Positions 16,665-24,815 are shown, counted from the stretch's first letter. The stretch is 32,000 nucleotides of DNA from Phycisphaera mikurensis NBRC 102666 (GCF_000284115.1 NC_017080.1:480001-512000), one strand, 5' to 3'. Notes: a model not told the origin generated them from the letters alone. Made by a program: numbers and translations.

Positions 16665-17648
16665 TCACTCCAGCGCCGCGGCGTCGATCCCGTGGGGCCG
16701 CGTGGGCCCCGCGAGGCCTGCGGGCCGCCGCGGTCGCTGCGCCGCGGACCGCGAGCCTTCGGCGCTCGCGGAGCCGGCGGTCCGCGGCGGGGCGGCGACG
16801 CGGAGGCGGAGCCATTCGTGGGCGGGGGTGAGCACGCAGCAGGCGAGCAGCGTGAAGAGCGCGGCGGCGTGGATCGGCCCGGCCGAGGGCACGCGCTCCG
16901 CGGCGAGGGGCCAGAGCCACGCCACCGCGGCGAGCACGGGCAGCCACAGCGGCAGGGCGACCAGGTGGACGCGGGCCAGGCGGCGAAGCGGGCCGCGGAG
17001 CCCAGGGAAGAGCCGGCGGCCGAGGTCGGCGCACTCCGGGCCGGCGTGCAGCAGGAGGAACAGCAAGCCCACGGAAGCGAGCGGCGGGAGCAGCGCCGGG
17101 ACGAGGAACAGCAGGGCCAGCCGCGCCGCGGCTCGGGCGCGGCCCTTTCGCTCCCGCCAGAGGTCCGCGGCGAGCATGCCCGCCGAGGCGACGCACGCCG
17201 CGGTCGCGAGCGGGACGACCGCGCGCGGGAACGGCGCGTCGCCGCCGGCGAGCCGGACGAGCTCGTCGAACAGCGACAGCGTCGCGCCGGGGCGGAAGGC
17301 GAAGGGCAGCAGCACCAGCAAGGCGGCCTCGGCGAAGCAGCGCCGCGGCGGTTCATCCGCGACTCGGCTTGCGGCGGTGCGGCCGAAGTGCCAGACGGTC
17401 AGAGGGAGGAAGGCCAAGAGCGCCACCGCCGGCAGCAGCAAGAGCAGGGCGAGGGCGGCGCCGTCGATCGCGAGGTAGCCGGCGGCCGTGCTTCTTGGCC
17501 AGCCGGGCCCCCGCCGCGGCCGTTCGTTCAGCAGCACGGCCGCGTCGGCGGCGCCGTGCGGCATGCCCAGCGCCAGCAGGCTGAGGGCAAAGGGCAACGC
17601 GGCGATCTCCGCCGCGAAGCCCGGGCACGTCGGGGCCCAGGGGGCCAT
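16665..17648 (-). CDS. blh: Brp/Blh-family beta-carotene 15,15'-dioxygenase (retinal synthesis)
   Basis: It is a polytopic membrane protein with the Blh histidine motifs 'LGMPHGAADA' (H31) and 'VWHFG' (H87), plus later 'LLLHAG' and 'LTPAHEW'. The start is 4 nt after the rhodopsin stop. Confidence 0.8.
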   Translation of the reverse strand: MAPWAPTCPGFAAEIAALPFALSLLALGMPHGAADAAVLLNERPRRGPGWPRSTAAGYLAIDGAALALLLLLPAVALLAFLPLTVWHFGRTAASRVADEPPRRCFAEAALLVLLPFAFRPGATLSLFDELVRLAGGDAPFPRAVVPLATAACVASAGMLAADLWRERKGRARAAARLALLFLVPALLPPLASVGLLFLLLHAGPECADLGRRLFPGLRGPLRRLARVHLVALPLWLPVLAAVAWLWPLAAERVPSAGPIHAAALFTLLACCVLTPAHEWLRLRVAAPPRTAGSASAEGSRSAAQRPRRPAGLAGPTRPHGIDAAALE

Positions 17649-17652
17649 GGGC

Positions 17653-18588
17653 TCAGGCCTCCGCGTGGGCGGGCTCGCCCGAGGCGGTCAGCTTGCTCTG
17701 GTTCTCGCCGCGGGCGGCGAACTCGTCGGTCAGCTGGAAGCCGATCGTCGCGAGCAGCACGCCGTAGATCGCCTTGGAGGTGATGTCCGCGAGGGTGAAC
17801 AGGAACTGGCGGGTCACCACGCTCACCGGGCTCCACCAGAATAGCGGCTGCACCAGCGTGAAGGCGTAGACGGTCCAGGAGATCAGGAAGATCGTGCGGA
17901 TCGTCCGCAGCAGCTTGGCGCTGCGCTCGGGCAGCACCTCCAGACCGGCGTTGATCACCTGCCACACGACGACGAGGATCCACACGTAGGCGACCCACCC
18001 GATGAGGTAGTTCACCCAGAACCAGAAGGTGCCGCGGCCGGCGACGTGCTGGCCCTGCTCCCAGAAGCTGCCCAGCCACGAGCAGAAGACCATCACCAGG
18101 CCCGCGACCACGAACTGGGCGCCCCACTTGGTGATGTTGCTCCGCGCGGCGCCCGCCAGCGGCAGCAGCACCAGCATCGACAGCAGCAGGTTCGGCACGT
18201 CGATCATCCAGTTCATGTACCGGAAGCCGTTGGAGAACAGCCGGCCCTCGATGCGCTCGTACATGCCGGTCGCTTCGTTGAAGACGAAGGCGTTCTCCCA
18301 GACCGAGGACTGGTGGTAGAGGATCAGACCCGCCGAGATCGTGACGACGCAGGAGATCACCGACGAGAGCTGGAAGCGGTCGTGGCTTTTGCGGAGCGTC
18401 AGGATGAAGAAGACGAGCGCGGCCGCGAAGACGCCGTAGCCCAGCGTGAACACGTGCAGCACCGACTGGTACTGCATGGGCGTGTAGGCGAACCAGTTCG
18501 CCATGTGGTGCAGGTTCACGGCGGACTCGCCGTCGGCCAGGGGCGCAGCCGACAGGGCTTGCGCGAGCAGCGGGGAAGATGAGAGCAT
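17653..18588 (-). CDS. microbial (type I) rhodopsin of the KR2/Na+-pump clade with an N-D-S helix-C motif
   Basis: It is a 7-TM protein. 'NGFRYMNWMIDVPNLLLS' matches KR2 'NGYRYLNWLIDVPMLLFQ'. The Schiff-base lysine lies in 'LADITSKAIYGVLL' (KR2 'IADVSSKVIYGVLL'). 'FLISWTVY', 'VINAG' and 'FTLGYGV..FFILT' are all KR2-like. It has ATG and stop codons and a blh gene immediately downstream. Confidence 0.93.
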   Translation of the reverse strand: MLSSSPLLAQALSAAPLADGESAVNLHHMANWFAYTPMQYQSVLHVFTLGYGVFAAALVFFILTLRKSHDRFQLSSVISCVVTISAGLILYHQSSVWENAFVFNEATGMYERIEGRLFSNGFRYMNWMIDVPNLLLSMLVLLPLAGAARSNITKWGAQFVVAGLVMVFCSWLGSFWEQGQHVAGRGTFWFWVNYLIGWVAYVWILVVVWQVINAGLEVLPERSAKLLRTIRTIFLISWTVYAFTLVQPLFWWSPVSVVTRQFLFTLADITSKAIYGVLLATIGFQLTDEFAARGENQSKLTASGEPAHAEA

Positions 18589-18675
18589 GAGCGTTTTCCG
18601 GAGCGTCTTCGTGCTTCACCGCGGGCCGCCTCTCTCCGCGAGGCGCCGGGCGATGGTCGACGCTAGCCGGCAGCA

Positions 18676-20130
18676 TCAGCCGGATTGCGCGACCGCCCGA
18701 TCTTTCGCTCCGCCCCGCAGCGGCGCCGCCAGCAACGCGAGCACGCCGACCACCTCCAGCCGGCCCACCCACATGAGCGCGACGAGCACGACCCGGCAGG
18801 CCGCCGGCGCCTCGGCGTCGGTGAAGCCCGAGCTCAGGCCGACGGTGCCCAGCGCCGACGCCGCCTCGAAGGCGGCATCGACCCAGGTCACACCCGCGGG
18901 GGAGGCGAAGCCCAGCGCCAGCGTGCCCAACGCGAACGCCGCCGCGTAGAGCCCGGCGAGCCGCCGGGTGGCGGCGACGGGCTCGGCCAGGCGGTGGCCG
19001 GCGTCCGGCTTGCCCGCGGCCGCCCGCACCAGCCGCCGCAGCCGTGCGAGCTTCAGGCCGCCGCCGGTGGAGCCGGCCGAGGCGCCCACCAGCATCGCCA
19101 GCGCGAGCGGGAGCGCCGCGATCGGGAGCAGCCCGCCGCCGCCCTCGCGGACCGTGAAGCCGGCGGTGGCGAGGCCGCTCGCCGCCTCGAAGAAGGCCGG
19201 CCAGGCCGGCACACCTGAGGCCCACACGAGCAGGAACAGCGGCAGCAAGGCCGCCGCGAACCAGCGTGCCTGCGGGTCGATCGCCAGCGCCGCCGGCCGC
19301 CGCCCGAACGTCATCAGCCGCAGGGTCCCGAAGCCGACCGCGCCCGCGAGCATCGTGACGCACGCCACGGCCTGCGCCGCGGTTCCGAAGGCCGCGAGGC
19401 TGTCGGCCGAGGTCGAGAAGCCCCCGGTCGCGGCCGCCGTCTGCGCGTGGTTCGCCGCGTCCCAGGCGCTCATGCCCGCGAGGTAGAGGCCCGCGAAGGA
19501 CAGCAGCGTCAGACCGCCGTAGACGATCCATGTCCGCTCGAGCAGCCGCCGCAGCGAGGGGCCCCGCTTCTCCGCCTCGCCGCTGCCGAGCTCGCCGTCC
19601 GCGGCCTCGTCGTCCCCGTCCTCGGGACCCGCGCGCTCCACGCACGCCAGCGTCAACGCGAAGTAGAGGATGCCCACGCCGCCGATCCACTGCAGCGTGC
19701 TGCGCCACCACTGCAGCGACAGCGGGAGCTCGCGCGGGTCGCCCGCCACGGAGAGGCCGGTGCTGGTCAGCCCGCTGGCCGACTCGAACAGCGCGTTGAG
19801 CGGGCCGAAGGCGCCGCCCGCCGCGAGGAAGGGAGCCGCGCACAGCAGCGAGGCCACCGCCCAAGCCGCCGCGAGCGTCGGCCCCGACGCGTGGTGCGGC
19901 GACCGCTCCCCCCGCCGTCCGTACGCCCAGCCGAGGGCGCCACCCGCCATGGGGACCAGGAGCCCCGCCGCCACCGGCAGCGCCCCCTCGGCCCACGCGA
20001 TCGCGAGCGTCGGCGTCGCCACGAGCGTTAGGGGGCCCAACGCCAGCCCGAGCGTCCGCGTGCACACCCCGGCCCCGGGGGATCCCACGCCTGATGGATT
20101 CAAAGCCGGGTTCCTTTCCGATCGCCGCAC
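18676..20130 (-). CDS. trkH: TrkH/KtrB-family cation (K+/Na+) transporter subunit
   Basis: It has four pore-loop glycine signatures ('GLTSTGLS', 'AATGGFS', 'LATAGFT', 'LGTVGLS') and an intramembrane gating loop 'GSTGGGLKLAR'. The GTG start at 20130 is uncertain, and the N-terminal ~25 aa may not be translated. Confidence 0.85.
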   Translation of the reverse strand: MRRSERNPALNPSGVGSPGAGVCTRTLGLALGPLTLVATPTLAIAWAEGALPVAAGLLVPMAGGALGWAYGRRGERSPHHASGPTLAAAWAVASLLCAAPFLAAGGAFGPLNALFESASGLTSTGLSVAGDPRELPLSLQWWRSTLQWIGGVGILYFALTLACVERAGPEDGDDEAADGELGSGEAEKRGPSLRRLLERTWIVYGGLTLLSFAGLYLAGMSAWDAANHAQTAAATGGFSTSADSLAAFGTAAQAVACVTMLAGAVGFGTLRLMTFGRRPAALAIDPQARWFAAALLPLFLLVWASGVPAWPAFFEAASGLATAGFTVREGGGGLLPIAALPLALAMLVGASAGSTGGGLKLARLRRLVRAAAGKPDAGHRLAEPVAATRRLAGLYAAAFALGTLALGFASPAGVTWVDAAFEAASALGTVGLSSGFTDAEAPAACRVVLVALMWVGRLEVVGVLALLAAPLRGGAKDRAVAQSG

Positions 20131-20437
20131 CCGTCAGCCGGCGAGGCTTCCGAGCGTACCCCCCGCGGTCCCGCGTCGCCGCGCCCCGCCCCGGCTCAGC
20201 CCCGGCCACCGCACAGCTGCGATGGCTCCGCGTGGAGGAGCGGCGGGTGGACCCGAGAGGAACGGCCGCCTCCGGCCGCGTGGGTCTGCGGCCGCGGCGT
20301 CTGCTCCGCGGCGCGGCCCCGGGTGGCGGTGTGCCGGCGGTGCGGGTTCTGCGGGTCGTGCGAGCGTGGAGCCCGGATCTCGCGGCCGGCGGAGGATCGC
20401 GTTGGCCGGCCTCGAAAGCCGCGACAAGCCTTGTCGG

Positions 20438-21760
20438 ATGCGCCGCCGCCTCCTCGCCTCGCCCCTCCGCCTCGCCGCCGCCGCGCTGCTCGGGGCTGCG
20501 GTCGCTCTGCCGGGCGTCGGCGTCGCCGCGGCCGACACGCTCGTGCTGACCGGCGGGCGCACGCTGCAGGGCAGGGTGCTGCAGGAGGACGAGCGGGGCG
20601 TGGTCTTCGAGAGCTTCCGGCACGGAGCGAGGCTGCGGCAGTCGGTGCCCGCTGCGCAGATCGCCTCGATCGCCCGGACCGCCCGCGAAGGCCTCGCGGT
20701 CGCGGTCATCCCGCTGATCGGCGGCGTCGGGCTGGGGACGGGCACGCCCGACGAGCCCGCCGCGACGGCGGCCGGCCTGGAGCGGGCGCTCCGCGTGGCG
20801 CAGGAGGAGCGGGCGGCCCGCATCGTCCTGGTCGTCGACAGCCCCGGCGGCCGCATCGACGAGATGCAGCGGATGCTCGCGCTGCTCCTGGATCCGGAGC
20901 TTCCGCCGGTGACCGCGTACGCGCGGCGGGCCCTGTCCGCCGCCGCGGTGATCGCGCTCGCCTGCGACGAGCTCGTGGTGGCGCCGGAGGCGGTGGTGGG
21001 GGCGGCCGTGCCCCTGCGACTCGGCCCTGAGGGCACGCCGCAGAACATCGAAGCCAAGTACCGCTCCGGCTACGACGCGCTGCTGCGGCAGGTCGCCCGG
21101 CGCGCCGGGCGCGACCCGGACCTGCTCATGGCGATGGCCGACGAGCGGGTCGTGCTCTACGAAGAGCCGGCGCCCCGCGGGCCGCGGCTGACCGGCCGGC
21201 CGGCCGGCGCGGTCTTCAAGGCCGCCGGCGAGATCCTCACGCTCACCGCCGCCGAGGCGGTGCGCCTGGGCGTCGCCCGGGCCGGCGCGGCGAGCGTGGC
21301 GGCGCTGCCCGCGGCGGTCGGCTGGGAAGCGTGGCACAGCGTCGGCCATCGGGCCTGGGAGGAGGCCGGCCGCGTGAACGCCGCCGAGGCCGACGCCCTG
21401 GAGCGGGCGGCCCGCCGCGCCGCCGCGGAGGTGCTGCGGCAGCGCCTCTCGCCCGCGCTGGCGGAGGCCGAGGCCGCGCTCGCGGAGCGGGAGCGAGCCA
21501 TCGCCGGCCTCCACGCCGAGCGCGAACGCGTCGACGCGTGGGCCCGCGCGCAGCTGGCGGCGCACCCGGCGCCGCCGATGAGCCGCCGCCGCTCGGCGGC
21601 CGCCGAACGCAGCGCGTCGTTGCGCGCGGACATCCGCCTGCAGCACGGAGACGCCGCGGCACGCATCGACGCCGCCTTGGTCGAGCTGACCGCGCAGCGG
21701 GACGCGCTGCGGCAGCAAATCGCCGAGGCCCTCGAAGCGCTCGACGGCCTCCGCGGCTGA
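20438..21760 (+). CDS. secreted ClpP-class (NfeD-like / S49-type) serine protease homologue with a C-terminal coiled coil
   Basis: It has a signal peptide ('LRLAAAALLGAAVALPGVGVAAA'). 'VIPLIGGV...IVLVVDSPGGRIDEMQRM...AAAVIALACDELVVAPEAVVGAAVP' follows the NfeD N-terminal/ClpP-fold pattern. The C-terminal ~130 aa are Ala/Glu/Arg-rich heptad-like sequence. Confidence 0.7.
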   Translation: MRRRLLASPLRLAAAALLGAAVALPGVGVAAADTLVLTGGRTLQGRVLQEDERGVVFESFRHGARLRQSVPAAQIASIARTAREGLAVAVIPLIGGVGLGTGTPDEPAATAAGLERALRVAQEERAARIVLVVDSPGGRIDEMQRMLALLLDPELPPVTAYARRALSAAAVIALACDELVVAPEAVVGAAVPLRLGPEGTPQNIEAKYRSGYDALLRQVARRAGRDPDLLMAMADERVVLYEEPAPRGPRLTGRPAGAVFKAAGEILTLTAAEAVRLGVARAGAASVAALPAAVGWEAWHSVGHRAWEEAGRVNAAEADALERAARRAAAEVLRQRLSPALAEAEAALAERERAIAGLHAERERVDAWARAQLAAHPAPPMSRRRSAAAERSASLRADIRLQHGDAAARIDAALVELTAQRDALRQQIAEALEALDGLRG

Positions 21761-21806
21761 GCGGCGGCGTCCCCGGGCGGGCGGGCGGGTCCGGTAGATT
21801 GGGCGG

Positions 21807-22145
21807 ATGCCCTCCGCCCCCGCCCCTCCCACCGCCTCGCCCGCCGCCCGCGAGCCCGCGACGCTGCCGCCCCACGTGCTGGTGCTGCACAACGACGAGC
21901 AGAACACGCTGGGATACGTCGTGGACGTGCTGCGGCGCGTGCTGGGGCTCTCCGCCTCCCGGGCTTGGCGGCTGGCCCGGGTGACGCACCGCCGCGGCCG
22001 CTGCGCGGTCTGGGCGGGCCACCGCGAGCTGGCGGAGCTCAAGGCCGTGCAGGTGCGGGCCGCCGGCCCCGATCCCGGGGTCGTCGCGCTCGGCGATCCG
22101 TGCCGGCCGCTGCGGGTGAGCGTCGAGCGCGCCCCGAGCGGGTGA
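21807..22145 (+). CDS. clpS: ATP-dependent Clp protease adaptor ClpS
   Basis: It is ~110 aa. 'HVLVLHNDEQNTLGYVVDVLRRVLGLSASRAWRLARVTHRRGRCAVWAGHRELAELKAVQV' matches the ClpS core pattern (V.L.NDd.nt..fV...L). Confidence 0.85.
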   Translation: MPSAPAPPTASPAAREPATLPPHVLVLHNDEQNTLGYVVDVLRRVLGLSASRAWRLARVTHRRGRCAVWAGHRELAELKAVQVRAAGPDPGVVALGDPCRPLRVSVERAPSG

Positions 22146-22227
22146 GACACGCGGCCGTCTCCGCGGGGCGATCCCGGATCGCCCCGGCCGTGCCCCCCCG
22201 CACCGCCGGCCTTCCTCTGGAGCCCCC

Positions 22228-23688
22228 ATGCCGACGAGCCCGACCCTGGTGGTGCACGGTTGGAGCGACGTCTCCGGCTCGTTCGGCCGCTTCCGCGAGA
22301 CGCTCGCCGAGCTGGGCGTGTCGCGGCCCGGCCAAGTCTACTTCGCCGATTACGAGTCGCGCGAAGACTTCATGAGCTTCAACGACGCCGCCGACGGGCT
22401 GGAGCGACAGCTCCGCGCTGTCGGCCTCGTCGACGCGGCCGGCGAGGGCCGGCCCTTCAACGTGCTCACCCACTCCACCGGGGCGCTGGTGGTCCGCCAC
22501 TGGATCTGGCGGTACTACCTGCGCGGCGGTGACCGCTCGGCGGCCTGCCCGGTGCGGCGGCTGGTGATGCTCGCGCCGGCGAACTTCGGCTCCCCGCTGG
22601 CCCACCACGGCAAGAGCCTCGCGGGCCGCATCTTCAAGGGGCGGCGTGGCGTCGCGTCCTTCCTGGAGTCGGGCCGGCGCTTCCTGGAGGGGCTGGAGCT
22701 GGGCAGCCCGTACCAGTGGCGGCTCGCCCACCGCGACCTGCTCGGCGGGTCGCGGGTGTACCAGCCCGAGCAGCGCTTCTGCACCGTGCTCTGCGGGACG
22801 CAGGACTACGGCTTCGCGCTGCCCTGGGCGAACAAGGCCGGAACCGACGGCGCCGTGGTGGTGGCGGGAACGCCCATGGACGCGGCGAAGTTCACGCTGG
22901 ACTTCACGCCCGACGCCGCGGGCCAGCCGATCCGCCTACGCCGCGGCCAGGATCCGCGCGGCCTGGCCGTCGGGCTCCTCGGCGGCCTCGACCACACGAC
23001 GATCCACACCGCGCTGCACCGCAGCGGCGGCCGCGACCCGCAGGGGCAGGGGGCATGGGCGAGGGAGGCGCTGCGGCGGGCGCTGACGGTGGACTCGCTC
23101 CCCGCCTTCGCGCGGCTCCGCGAGGAGCTGGCGGCAGTCCCGGTGGCCACCGGCGTGCAGCGGTTCCAGCAGGTCCTCGTCCACGCGGTGGACGACCACG
23201 GCCAGCCGATCCGCGACTTCCACCTGCAGTTCGCCGTGCGTCGCGTGTCGCGGCTGGAGGGTGGCGTCGGCCAGCTCGTCGGCCGCGCTTCCGAACGCCG
23301 GCCCACCCGCGTCGAACGCGAGCACGGCGAGGCGTTGGAGGCGGCCCTCACCCGCGAGTTTCACCGGCACACGGTCTCGCCCAGCCACCGCCGCTTCCTG
23401 GTGGAGCCCGCCGAGATCGGGCGCCTGCTCGACGCCGCCGCCGCCGACCTCGGGCAGCCGGCCGCTCTGTGCATGAAGATGCACGTGCCGCGGATCGATC
23501 GGAGTCTCTACTACGACAACGACGCGATCCGCATGCTGGTGCTCGCGCGGACGGACCAACACCGCAGGACCTCGGTGTTCCACGCGGGCACGACGACGCT
23601 GCTCGAGCTCCGCGTGAACCGCGAGAACCACTACGTGCAGGTGGGCAAGGTGCCGCGGAAGAAGCGGCGTTGGGAGAAGCAGGCGTAG
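22228..23688 (+). CDS. alpha/beta-hydrolase (lipase/esterase-like) with a ~230-aa C-terminal domain of unknown function
   Basis: 'LVVHGWSD' is oxyanion-region-like. The nucleophile elbow is 'LTHSTGA'. Candidate Asp 'GTDGAVVV' and His 'LDHTTIH' complete a triad. I do not recognise the C-terminal half. Confidence 0.75.
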   Translation: MPTSPTLVVHGWSDVSGSFGRFRETLAELGVSRPGQVYFADYESREDFMSFNDAADGLERQLRAVGLVDAAGEGRPFNVLTHSTGALVVRHWIWRYYLRGGDRSAACPVRRLVMLAPANFGSPLAHHGKSLAGRIFKGRRGVASFLESGRRFLEGLELGSPYQWRLAHRDLLGGSRVYQPEQRFCTVLCGTQDYGFALPWANKAGTDGAVVVAGTPMDAAKFTLDFTPDAAGQPIRLRRGQDPRGLAVGLLGGLDHTTIHTALHRSGGRDPQGQGAWAREALRRALTVDSLPAFARLREELAAVPVATGVQRFQQVLVHAVDDHGQPIRDFHLQFAVRRVSRLEGGVGQLVGRASERRPTRVEREHGEALEAALTREFHRHTVSPSHRRFLVEPAEIGRLLDAAAADLGQPAALCMKMHVPRIDRSLYYDNDAIRMLVLARTDQHRRTSVFHAGTTTLLELRVNRENHYVQVGKVPRKKRRWEKQA

Positions 23689-23759
23689 AAGCGGCAGGAG
23701 AGGCCAGCGGACCCTGAGACACCCGGCGCCGGCGGAAGGAGCGCGGAGCCGCGTCGCGC

Positions 23760-24815
23760 TCAGCCCGCGCCACGCGGAGGCGCCTCCCAGGCCGCCTCGT
23801 AGTACGGGACGATGCACGTGCCCGGCGGGACGAGTTCGTCCATCGCCAAGCGGTCGTCCTCGGTGACTTCCACGCCCGCGGCGCCGAGGTTGTCGTCGAG
23901 CTGCTCCATCGTCCGGGGGCCGATGATCGGCGAGGTGATGCCGGGCTGGTGCATCACCCACGCGAGCGCGAGCTGCGAGGGCGAGCAGCCCTTGGCCTCG
24001 GCCAGCCCGCAGAGCTTCTCGACGGCCGCGGCGGCGCGGGGGTCGGACAGGAGCTTGCGGTTCCGCTCGCCGCCGGCGGGCGTCAGCCGCGCGTCGCCTC
24101 CGGCTCCCGAGCGGTACTTGCCCGTGAGGAAGCCGCCCGCCAGCGGCGACCAGGGGATGACGCCGAGGCCGAACTGCGCGCACGCCGGCAGCAGCTCCCG
24201 CTCGATCCGCCGGTCGAGCAGGTGGTAGGGCGGCTGCTCGGTGACGAAGCGGTTGAGCCCGAGCTTCTCGGAGGTCCACAGCGACGCGACCAGCTGGTAC
24301 GCCGCGAAGGTGGAGCAGCCGACCGAGCGGACCTTGCCCTGGCGGACGAGGTCGTCGAGGGCGCCGAGCGTCTCGTCGATGGCGCAGCCGGGGTGCGGCC
24401 GGTGGATCTGGTACAGGTCGATCCGGTCGGTGCGGAGCCGCCGCAGCGACGCCTCGCAGGAGTCGATGATCATCCGCCGGGAGTTGCCCCAGCGGTTGGG
24501 GTTGAGCTTCTTGCGGAGCGTGGTCGCCGCGTCGTCACCATCGGCCGGCTTGAAGAGGTTCCCGTGGCACTTCGTGGCGAGGTAGACGAAGTCGCGGTGG
24601 CCGTTGCGTGCGAGCGCCTCGCCCACGACCTCCTCGCTCGCGCCGTTGCCGTAGACGTTGGCGGTGTCCAGGAAGTTGATGCCGCCCTCCAGCGCCCGAT
24701 CGATGATCGCGCACGACTCCGCGAGTCCGGTCCGCCCCCCGAAGTTCATGCAGCCGAGAGTCAGCGGAGAAACGCGGACGCCGGTGCGGCCGAGATCGCG
24801 GTAGAGGTCGAACAT
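23760..24815 (-). CDS. aldo/keto reductase (AKR11/13-like oxidoreductase)
   Basis: The start is 'MFDLYRDLGRTGVRVSPLTLGCMNFG'. 'INFLDTANVYGNG', 'YLATK', 'IDLYQIHRP' and 'IPWSPLAGGFLTGKY' are canonical AKR motifs. The longer track ORF extending to 24950 is rejected. Confidence 0.93.
   Translation of the reverse strand: MFDLYRDLGRTGVRVSPLTLGCMNFGGRTGLAESCAIIDRALEGGINFLDTANVYGNGASEEVVGEALARNGHRDFVYLATKCHGNLFKPADGDDAATTLRKKLNPNRWGNSRRMIIDSCEASLRRLRTDRIDLYQIHRPHPGCAIDETLGALDDLVRQGKVRSVGCSTFAAYQLVASLWTSEKLGLNRFVTEQPPYHLLDRRIERELLPACAQFGLGVIPWSPLAGGFLTGKYRSGAGGDARLTPAGGERNRKLLSDPRAAAAVEKLCGLAEAKGCSPSQLALAWVMHQPGITSPIIGPRTMEQLDDNLGAAGVEVTEDDRLAMDELVPPGTCIVPYYEAAWEAPPRGAG

Noticed and set aside
17653-18588. 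Classifying the rhodopsin as an ordinary proteorhodopsin (DTE) or chloride pump (NTQ)
   Set aside because: The helix-C residues read N...D...S, and similarity is much closer to KR2-type sequences than to PR-type sequences. It is not NTQ because Asp, not Thr, occupies the second position.
17528-22150. A 1540-aa minus-strand ORF spanning the rhodopsin, trkH and protease region
   Set aside because: Its composition is extreme Arg/Gly/Ala/Pro. It overlaps several well-supported genes in other frames or on the other strand. This is a typical stop-poor shadow ORF of a >70% GC genome.
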